NCBI GenBank assembly: GCA_023898365.1
Contig: CP060219.1
Coordinates: forward strand, 133,743 to 197,742
Source of the DNA: Candidatus Woesearchaeota archaeon
GTDB lineage: Archaea; Nanobdellota; Nanobdellia; Woesearchaeales; GCA-023898365
Direction: 5' to 3'
Length of the DNA: 64,000 bases
Under the pieces are notes generated by a model. The model was not told where the DNA came from. It made no database searches and saw nothing but the letters and a program-made list of their open reading frames with translations. The translations under genes were made by a program, and so were the position numbers. Positions 56,990-64,000 of this stretch are shown here, piece by piece; the first letter of the stretch is position 1, and each line of letters opens with the position of its first letter.

Positions 56990-58193
56990 GAAGTTTTTCT
57001 TGCACCTCGTTCATTTTGTCATACCAAGATTGCATTGCGTTATTGAGTTTGCTATACTTCAAAATATACCCGTCTATGCGTCGAAACTGCTTGGAAACGT
57101 GTTGTTTGACATTGTCCACATCATGAAGAAAGTCGTGGTATTCCCATTTTTCTACAAACACGCCTTCGTCGTCTTGCACCAAGGATTGTTCTGCGATTGG
57201 AAGATCATTTTTTGCAATAAGCGTTGGGGGAACAAATGCTGGCAGTTCTTCTGATGGCGCAACATCTTGTCCGAAGTCAGGAAGCACAGAAAGATCATCT
57301 GCTTCTTTCACCGGTTCAGGTTTCACCTCATCTTCAGGTCGGACTTGAATAGGTAAATCAATTCCTTCATCAAGATTAAGATCTGCAATGTCTTTTGTTA
57401 AATCATCATCAAACTCAGGCATTTCTTCAGATTCTTTTTCAGGAACCACTTCTTTTTTGGGAAGTGATGGGCTTACCAAGGAAACATCATCAGATTCCGG
57501 AGTAGTATCCGTACTGCGTCTTCCAAACATTGAAGGTTCGTCAGTAGCATCTTGCAGTACAAAATCTTTTTCTGCATCTTGCATGGCCGTGTCAGGAAGC
57601 ACTTCTTGGCCAATAATGCTCTCTTCATCAGATGATCCTTTCGCTCCGACAACGGTTGGCGTCATAAGTTCTCCTTCTTCATCTTGCAGTTGTCCAAAAT
57701 TTCTTGAAGGAGGAGGAGCTTGCAAAGTAGATTTCTTTTCTGTTGCTCCAGGCAAAAGGTCTGAATGATCATGTGAAGGGGCATCTGAAAAGAATGAATC
57801 TTCTGAAGAAGCATCAGATTGTTCTTCACCATCAACCTCTTGTTTTGTTGCTAGAGAGGAAACGGGAGATGGCTTCGCACTCGCAGCTGAAAACGCTGAA
57901 GGAATTTCTTGCAAAGGAGGCTCTTGAGAAGGAGCGGGCACACTCTTCATCGTAGGTGGTGGCGGAACAGCCAAATCACCAGAACTTGTTTCAAGCAGAG
58001 GGTTAACGTCCTCTGGCTTTTTCTTTCTACTAAATAATCCCAAAAATCCTACACCTCTAATCTTTGTTTTATCTAAACAGTATTTATATACTTTTCTGTT
58101 TAGAAAAAAATATTTTTTGTCATTCAAAACGTAATGGTTTCCCCAATTGAAGGGCCCATTACCGTTGTTTGTGGCAACGCTTTCTTTCCCCAT
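56955..58193 (-). CDS. Hypothetical protein with long acidic/Pro-rich disordered core and helical C-terminal domain, 412 aa (start uncertain; overlaps the beta-CASP gene end)
   Basis: The central ~250 aa are D/E/S/P-rich and low complexity. The C-terminal segment ...FVEKWEYHDFLHDVDNVKQHVSKQFRRIDGYILKYSKL... is helical. Confidence 0.4.
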   Translation of the reverse strand: MGKESVATNNGNGPFNWGNHYVLNDKKYFFLNRKVYKYCLDKTKIRGVGFLGLFSRKKKPEDVNPLLETSSGDLAVPPPPTMKSVPAPSQEPPLQEIPSAFSAASAKPSPVSSLATKQEVDGEEQSDASSEDSFFSDAPSHDHSDLLPGATEKKSTLQAPPPSRNFGQLQDEEGELMTPTVVGAKGSSDEESIIGQEVLPDTAMQDAEKDFVLQDATDEPSMFGRRSTDTTPESDDVSLVSPSLPKKEVVPEKESEEMPEFDDDLTKDIADLNLDEGIDLPIQVRPEDEVKPEPVKEADDLSVLPDFGQDVAPSEELPAFVPPTLIAKNDLPIAEQSLVQDDEGVFVEKWEYHDFLHDVDNVKQHVSKQFRRIDGYILKYSKLNNAMQSWYDKMNEVQEKLLAIDSRLFERG

Positions 58194-59413
58194 GCAAGCA
58201 TGGCTTCAATTGCTTCAGGATCTCCATGCTGCACAATAAGCTTTTTTGGATTGATGCTTTCAATAAATGCATGTAAATGATTTTGATCTGCATGACCTGA
58301 AAACATGAATTGTTTCACATCACAGTCAACTTGGGTTTTCCAACCTTTTAGGTAAATTGCACGTTCTTCGAGAAGCATTCTTCCTTGGCATCGATGGCAT
58401 TGATAGCCTGTTAAGAAGATTGCTGATTTCGGATCATGCCAAATATGTTTTATGTAATGAATAACCGGGCCTCCTTGCACCATACCTGATGTCGAGACAA
58501 AAATTCCTGGTCTTGTTGCAGCATAATTTCTTCGTTTTTCACTTGAAACAAAACGCACCTTTGAAAACATTTCTTTTAATGCAGGCCTTCCTTGGAGATG
58601 CCGTTCAGAATTTCTTAGAACTGTTTTGGTTATTTTAGTGGCCATTCCATCAAAATACACAGGAACATCCCATTTTGCGCGAGAGAGAATTATGAGAATG
58701 TCTTGCGCTCGTCCAACGGCAAAAACAGGAATAACGACGCGCCCACCATTTTTTACAACACGTTCAACTTCGCTCAAAAACTCTTCAGCAAGTTGGGCCT
58801 TCTCTGGTAGAGGCCTGTTTCCATAGGTTGATTCAGTTATCATAATATCAATTGGTGGAAGATGCGCATCAGCAGGCGCCATGAGAAGTTGTTTTCCAGG
58901 ATTAAAATCACCCGTGTAGAGAATATTCTTCCCTTCGGTTTGAAGCAAGAGCATGCCAGCACCAGGTATGTGTCCTGCGTTATAAAAACTGAATGCATCT
59001 CCTCGATGTTCGTATTGCGTGCCAAGACGTACAGGTTTAACATATAAGGAGATTTTTCGCAGATCTAAACTATCATATGCTGGATGCAAATGTTTGATGC
59101 GAGCTATCTTGTAAGAATCTTTGAGAAGAATTTTTATCAAACCCCACGTTTGTGGCGTCATGTAGAAAGGAAATTTTACTTTTTTTGCAGAAAGTTCATG
59201 CACAAGAAGTGGAAGTCCTCCTGAATGATCAAGATGAGCGTGGCTCAAAAACAACGCACTTACTTGTTCAGGATCTTTGAGTCCTTCAGGATAATCATAC
59301 CCTGACGAACTGAATTTGATTCCGTAATCGAACAAATATCTATTCTTTGATCGTAACTCAATACAACTACGGCCTACTTCATTAGCTGCGCCATGAAAAA
59401 CCAACTCACCCAT
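58124..59413 (-). CDS. aCPSF2-like beta-CASP metallo-beta-lactamase ribonuclease (no KH domains)
   Basis: The N-terminus is ELVFHGAANEVGRSCIEL. The HxHxDH motif LSHAHLDHSGGLP and the beta-CASP motifs (…TGDFN…, …SGHAD…) are present. The protein is 429 aa. Confidence 0.7.
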   Translation of the reverse strand: MGELVFHGAANEVGRSCIELRSKNRYLFDYGIKFSSSGYDYPEGLKDPEQVSALFLSHAHLDHSGGLPLLVHELSAKKVKFPFYMTPQTWGLIKILLKDSYKIARIKHLHPAYDSLDLRKISLYVKPVRLGTQYEHRGDAFSFYNAGHIPGAGMLLLQTEGKNILYTGDFNPGKQLLMAPADAHLPPIDIMITESTYGNRPLPEKAQLAEEFLSEVERVVKNGGRVVIPVFAVGRAQDILIILSRAKWDVPVYFDGMATKITKTVLRNSERHLQGRPALKEMFSKVRFVSSEKRRNYAATRPGIFVSTSGMVQGGPVIHYIKHIWHDPKSAIFLTGYQCHRCQGRMLLEERAIYLKGWKTQVDCDVKQFMFSGHADQNHLHAFIESINPKKLIVQHGDPEAIEAMLAWGKKALPQTTVMGPSIGETITF

Positions 59414-59546
59414 ACCTTCACTTATCGCGCAGCAATTTATATGTGTTGCGATTATGAAAAAAAGATAGTAAGTGATTCCGAAAACTTAGTTCATTTCGGA
59501 TACGTCAAGAAATATTTCAGAGTTCTTACAAGAAAATTATCAAAGA

Positions 59547-61253
59547 ATGGTTGCGCCAAGAGAGACTATGAAAAAAACCCAGATAGTGTTCATTATCATC
59601 CTCGGGTGCTGTATGATAAGTTCCTTCGCCAGTTCTTGCAATGAAAACATGACAGGATGTTTTGACGTAGAACTAACACTCCACCAAACAGAACCAGTAC
59701 TTAACACAACATACACGAATTTATTTCGATTGGAAAATTTAGATCATGAACAAGGAGTGGAAGAACAACTACGCATTTTTGTAACCTATAATGTATCATG
59801 GCATAACGAAACGTACAATAATTCATTTCTCAAGACAATCAACTCCTATTCAACGACCGGAACAGGAACGTTTACGTTTTCTGCAAACACAAGCCATCTT
59901 CTCTGCGGCGAAATCAGAAACATTTCACAAAACGGAGAGCAGATTAGTGATCCCCACCCGGAAAATAATGTTCTTTGCACCGCAATTGTTTTCGATAACA
60001 CCAGTAATGCAACGGTCAACGAAACAGGTAACGCAACAAACGAGTCTGAAGAAGGAGTTTGCAATCAATCAGTACGTTTCCTCGTTTTGCAGGCGCTAAG
60101 CAATCACAGTTTTCAATTTAAACCAATAATTTCTGCAGAACAACATTGGACGCTCACCTATTGGATAGAAGATCTTGATGGTGTCATATTCAAACAACCT
60201 ATGAACACAACAAACACGAACTGGAAATCATTTACTCCCAGCTCAAGTGTTACGGGAGAAAAAATATTCAGGCTTTACGGACGTCTCAACACAACGTGTG
60301 CACAAACAGAAAACTCAACGTTTCTTTTGCTCAAAAGAGCGCAAGAAGAAAATGAAGAATCATCAGAAAGTGAATGCGTAGAAGATGAAGAAGAACAACA
60401 AGAATCAGCATTGTCATTTACCGCATTACCTGAGGAAATAATTGCAGGATCGACAATTTCGATAAAAGTCAAGGCATACCGAGGAAATACGCTCAAAAGG
60501 AAAGTGACGTTGAGAGGTCCTGGCAATCAAATGAGTTTTTTGATTAACGACAAATATGCTGAAACAGAAGTGACCATTCCCTTCACTATTGAGAAGAGTT
60601 GTTCACTCGAAGAAGGACCAGTTGATTTTATCCTTTCAGGTCTTGACGAAGAAAAAATTATTACCGCGCAGCTTTTCAGACCAACTCAAGATGAGTGCCA
60701 ACCAGCAGAAACGAATGCGACTACCAGCTCACCAAGTCAAAATAGCATTGCAAGTTTTTATACGCGAAAGAAAAAATATGCGCCGCACATAAATTTTTCC
60801 TATCGTCTTGAGCAAGAGTCAAACGACAGCTCAATACTACTTATCATTCCACATCTCCTTCTCAATACAACGACAAATGTGCCTGCTAAGCCAGGCAACA
60901 ACACCGTTTTTTTTCTGCTTAAAGAAGGAGAAGACATAATTGATTTTTTTGAATATCAGTATTTTCTTGAAGATGATTCGCTTAGTCTTGGCGAAAGTGA
61001 AGATCAAAAAGAATCCGAATCCGACTCGTCGAACAACACTCAACGTGAAGACAGTGATCGTTCTCCGCTTACTGGTTTAACCATTTCAGTTCCAAAGAAT
61101 GAGGGGAAGAAAGTAATCGCAATTAGTGTTTTAATCATGCTCGGCATAGCAACATTCGCTGTTGCGCTCATCAAACGAAAGAACATTATTTACGCGGTAC
61201 AACATAGTAGCTTTTATCTTCATAAGAAGAATTCAAAGGATGGAAAGGGTTGA
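59547..61253 (+). CDS. N-glycosylation-sequon-rich surface protein with signal peptide and C-terminal TM anchor, 568 aa
   Basis: The signal peptide is MKKTQIVFIIILGCCMISSFASS. Many NxT/S sequons and acidic stretches are present. The C-terminal TM AISVLIMLGIATFAVALI is followed by KRKN. Confidence 0.55.
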   Translation: MVAPRETMKKTQIVFIIILGCCMISSFASSCNENMTGCFDVELTLHQTEPVLNTTYTNLFRLENLDHEQGVEEQLRIFVTYNVSWHNETYNNSFLKTINSYSTTGTGTFTFSANTSHLLCGEIRNISQNGEQISDPHPENNVLCTAIVFDNTSNATVNETGNATNESEEGVCNQSVRFLVLQALSNHSFQFKPIISAEQHWTLTYWIEDLDGVIFKQPMNTTNTNWKSFTPSSSVTGEKIFRLYGRLNTTCAQTENSTFLLLKRAQEENEESSESECVEDEEEQQESALSFTALPEEIIAGSTISIKVKAYRGNTLKRKVTLRGPGNQMSFLINDKYAETEVTIPFTIEKSCSLEEGPVDFILSGLDEEKIITAQLFRPTQDECQPAETNATTSSPSQNSIASFYTRKKKYAPHINFSYRLEQESNDSSILLIIPHLLLNTTTNVPAKPGNNTVFFLLKEGEDIIDFFEYQYFLEDDSLSLGESEDQKESESDSSNNTQREDSDRSPLTGLTISVPKNEGKKVIAISVLIMLGIATFAVALIKRKNIIYAVQHSSFYLHKKNSKDGKG

Positions 61254-63906
61254 GTTCAAGATGAGTATTTGTTGAAACGTCAATCATTCTTCGCCACACT
61301 TCTTGTGACACGTCAGGAGACATCGGATAGGATTGTTCGAGGAGGCCATGATATGCTTGAGAAGTAAACAGCAATTGCCCCACATTAAATCCTGAAAAAA
61401 CTGCACCTTTTCCTCTACGAGAATATCTGCGTAGATCTGATTGACCTCGTTCACTTGAAACATTTAAGAAACCAATATTCCCTCCAAGTCCAAGAACAAA
61501 ATTTGCTTCTCGCGTATCACCACCAATATCTGCAGTGCCCGATTTCCCCCACAACAATTCTTCCCCTGCTTGATCGGTTAAAAAAACGCCAGTTGGCCAC
61601 GTTCGAAGACGCTGCCTCCACTCAGCTCGGTCTTTCTCAGATGGTGCAATAAGTGAATTTGGAGGCAATCCTTCGTAACCATATGAATAAGGAACAATCC
61701 TCGCATATGCTTGCGTTGCAGAAGCTGCAAAGGGTGAAAGCCCTCCATGAGGACTTATAGCCCGCTCAACAAAGACCGTGTCAGCACTACCGTTTGAAAC
61801 AACAAGTTTCGAAAACCAGCGAAGACCTGGAACTTCAATTGGTGCAGCTCCTTCGAATAGTACTTTGTTTGTTGTCAGCGCACCATGGTTTTGAAACATT
61901 AACAGGTAGGTAAGCGCATCATCAATATGAAGGGGCACTGCGCCAAGAATAGTTGCGTCAATCTTTGGATCTAATTGGTGTGATCGAGAAAATCCGATAC
62001 GCTCATTCCAAAATGAAGCAAGTTCTTCAGTGATAGTTGGCCTGCCTTCTTCTCTTCGTGCATTGTTTCCAATATTAAGAAGATTGACAAAATAGCGGTT
62101 TATTGACTTGCCAAGCGCAAAACTAAAATCGACAAGACCCCAATATTTATTTTTAAAATTTTTTATAGGAGGAGAAAATACGGGTCTTCCTTTCCAGTTA
62201 ATTCGTTTGTAGCGAACAGGATTAACGGGCGTGTCAGAAAAAATTTCTCTATCAAGTCCTTCTTCGATAAAGAAAGGAGCGTAGAGAAGCTTGCAAATAC
62301 TTCCAATTTGCCTTGGTTCATCAAACGAATGACCAGTTGCTTTTCCTCGGGTATTACTAAAAGCGGCAATGACATCGCCTTGTCTGCTTGCAACAATTCC
62401 CGTGAGATTAGGATCATCATCAATCGATAAGAGCGTGTCAAGAGATCCGAAGAGGCGAGGAACAAGCGTCTGTTGTTGATAAGGAAAATTTGTCAACGTC
62501 GTATGCACAGCAAGGTTTCTTGCAAGCAATTCTTCTCCCGTTTGTTTTGAAAGGTAACGCAAAATTTCACTTGCACGAGCATAGAGTGTGTTTTTTAACG
62601 CAATAGCGCCAGCGTTTTCCAAAGGTGCAGGTTTGCGGCCAGCAATTGAACTTGCAAACGAAAGAGATGAAGGAGGAGTAATACCATTTCCTTCAAGCGT
62701 TGGAGCAATTCTATAATGAAAATCATCTTGAAACAATTGTGCGAGAGAATCAACATATGCTTGCTGCGTGTTTGGTTCTCCTAAAAATCCTTCTGAATTA
62801 ATCGAAGGTTTGTTTGTTGAGGTGAGAAGCATCATCATTTCTGTTTCTGAAAGTGGCGAAGTGCGACCAAAATGGTGTAAAGATGCTGCGGCAAGGCCTC
62901 TTGAAAAAACACCTCTGTCAAGGCCAAACGGGATGTTATTAAGCGCGAGTTCGAGTAAGCGATACTTAATTACTTCTCTTACTTGTCTTTCAGGAAGCGT
63001 TGCTGCAAATGTTCGCTCCGCATCAGAAAAGAGGGGTGTTGTGGAAGGGTCAGCTACAAGAACAGAACGCGTAATTTCCTCAAGTTTTCTACCATAATCT
63101 CGTTCAAATTGTTTGTCGTCGCCAAGACGCATGAGTTGTTGCACAATAGTGCTGCTTCCTTTTGGAGATCCTGGTTTACTATCACTTCGCAGACCTCGAA
63201 CTAAGGAAGGCAAATCAATTCCGAAAAGCGAATATCCTTCGACCCCCTCCCAGTAATTCAAGAATTGAAGAACTTCAGAAGGCCTATACGTGGTGGTGTC
63301 TTGATGCCACGCACCTTTTTCAAAAAATTGTGAGTAAAATCCTGGAAGTACCTTCCCCTCTGAATCGCGAAGAACGGTAAGCGAATCTGGCAAGAAAATA
63401 GGAGGAGGAGTTCTATTTCGAAACATTTCTTTGCCTTGCACATCATAGACAATGAATTGTCGATTATGAGCAAATCCTTGCAAAGAAGCGATTTGATCCT
63501 CAAGAGAGTGTTCGTGAAGTTCCCTTTCAATACTCTGCGATAGCGCGTCCCAATCATGACCTTTGCGTTCAAGCACCACATCAATTCCTTTGAAAAGAGC
63601 TTGTTGGGTGAGTCCTAGACCTTCGTTTTTCCCTCCAAACCGCGCCACAAATGCTGCTGCAACGTTATCGTTACCTGATCGAAGGACAGCAGTTCCTACC
63701 TCTTGAACAAGTGACCGATAAGGAACGTGTGCAAGGGAGACGCCTATTGCAGATCCTGCGGCAAGAAGAGAAGCTGTTTTGAGAAGAGAGCGACGTTTTC
63801 GCGGAGCTCGTTCCTTGCTTGGAGAACCTTCTTTATTGAAATCTATCGTATAGAGTGGATCCTTCACAGATCCTTCTAAAGAGGGTTTAGAATCAGGCGC
63901 AACCAT
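61186..63906 (-). CDS. Bacterial-type bifunctional class A penicillin-binding-protein-like enzyme (GT51 peptidoglycan glycosyltransferase + transpeptidase) with Tat-like signal
   Basis: The Tat-like signal is RKRRSLLKTASLLAAGSAIGVSLA. Three GT51 motifs are present: EGVEGYSLFGIDLPSLVRGL, GSSTIVQQLMRL...YGRKLEE and KYRLLELALNNIPFG...AASLHHFGRTSPLSETEMMMLLTSTNKPS. The transpeptidase motifs are SxxK (GSICKLLYAPFF), SxN (GKSINRYFVNLL) and K(S/T)G (WGKSGTA). Confidence 0.65.
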   Translation of the reverse strand: MVAPDSKPSLEGSVKDPLYTIDFNKEGSPSKERAPRKRRSLLKTASLLAAGSAIGVSLAHVPYRSLVQEVGTAVLRSGNDNVAAAFVARFGGKNEGLGLTQQALFKGIDVVLERKGHDWDALSQSIERELHEHSLEDQIASLQGFAHNRQFIVYDVQGKEMFRNRTPPPIFLPDSLTVLRDSEGKVLPGFYSQFFEKGAWHQDTTTYRPSEVLQFLNYWEGVEGYSLFGIDLPSLVRGLRSDSKPGSPKGSSTIVQQLMRLGDDKQFERDYGRKLEEITRSVLVADPSTTPLFSDAERTFAATLPERQVREVIKYRLLELALNNIPFGLDRGVFSRGLAAASLHHFGRTSPLSETEMMMLLTSTNKPSINSEGFLGEPNTQQAYVDSLAQLFQDDFHYRIAPTLEGNGITPPSSLSFASSIAGRKPAPLENAGAIALKNTLYARASEILRYLSKQTGEELLARNLAVHTTLTNFPYQQQTLVPRLFGSLDTLLSIDDDPNLTGIVASRQGDVIAAFSNTRGKATGHSFDEPRQIGSICKLLYAPFFIEEGLDREIFSDTPVNPVRYKRINWKGRPVFSPPIKNFKNKYWGLVDFSFALGKSINRYFVNLLNIGNNARREEGRPTITEELASFWNERIGFSRSHQLDPKIDATILGAVPLHIDDALTYLLMFQNHGALTTNKVLFEGAAPIEVPGLRWFSKLVVSNGSADTVFVERAISPHGGLSPFAASATQAYARIVPYSYGYEGLPPNSLIAPSEKDRAEWRQRLRTWPTGVFLTDQAGEELLWGKSGTADIGGDTREANFVLGLGGNIGFLNVSSERGQSDLRRYSRRGKGAVFSGFNVGQLLFTSQAYHGLLEQSYPMSPDVSQEVWRRMIDVSTNTHLELNPFHPLNSSYEDKSYYVVPRK

Positions 63907-64000
63907 ACTTAGAGCGAATCAACAACCATTTATATATGTTACTCTTGTGAAGTGATAATTCATCTCTTTTTTGGTGGTTTTCGAGGAGAAACAACCCGTT

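Noticed and set aside
55300-58200. Intact integrated element at tRNA-Leu
   Set aside because: The tRNA-3'-end-containing repeats lie only ~50 bp from the tRNA. The flanking genes are core (lipoprotein, RNase J, PCNA) or uncharacterised helical proteins, and no integrase or other element genes are present. At most this is a scar.
61186-63906. PBP-like gene as bacterial contamination or mis-binning
   Set aside because: It is contiguous on the same sequence with archaeal-specific genes on both sides (aCPSF2-like nuclease 58124..59413, intron-containing tRNAs, PCNA). Its composition is similar to its surroundings. Assembly chimerism still needs read-level checking.

Overview
This window reads as a compact archaeal chromosomal segment. 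The gene set and the many C-terminally anchored surface proteins suggest a DPANN-type (Woesearchaeota-like) lineage. Several gene starts sit behind visible Shine-Dalgarno motifs such as GGAGGTG, and many adjacent genes overlap by 4 nt (ATGA).

Core archaeal informational genes are present:
- ATP-dependent DNA ligase, GatD and RNA 3'-phosphate cyclase.
- An rpl37ae-rpoP-pcc1-prefoldin-beta-UPF0147 cluster.
- An exosome operon of Rrp4, Rrp41 and Rrp42 followed by rpoK.
- A GTPase / DUF2073 / Zn-ribbon triad and an FKBP peptidyl-prolyl isomerase.
- LeuRS, tRNA-guanine transglycosylase, ThiI, short-type adenylate kinase, PCNA, an RNase J-like nuclease and an aCPSF2-like beta-CASP nuclease.
- An ion-homeostasis block: Kef-type antiporter, CBS protein and a Ca-type P-type ATPase.

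Two intron-containing tRNAs are visible:
- tRNA-Pro(UGG), with an apparent 33-nt insertion in the T-arm.
- tRNA-Leu(CAA), with a 51-nt anticodon-loop intron.

The rest is dominated by secreted or surface proteins built the same way: an N-terminal signal, a beta-rich and often N-glycosylation-rich or acidic ectodomain, a C-terminal TM and a short basic tail.

The most unusual items:
1. A bacterial-type bifunctional class A penicillin-binding protein (GT51 transglycosylase plus SxxK/SxN/KSG transpeptidase motifs) behind a Tat-like signal, embedded among archaeal genes.
2. A 1114-aa surface protein whose cytoplasmic C-terminal domain resembles a catalytically degenerate C39 peptidase-like domain, followed by a Gly/Phe-rich 54-aa membrane peptide.
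3. A pilin/archaellin-like protein with a class III-type signal, next to a vWA/MIDAS protein inside a surface-protein island.
4. A 63-bp tandem repeat beside the tRNA-Leu 3' end in which each unit begins with a copy of the tRNA 3' terminus.
5. DUF4215-type Cys-rich repeats in two proteins.
6. An Rrp4 with an RD/RE/P-rich tail.
7. A 29-aa peptide gene that duplicates the N-terminus of the downstream protein.
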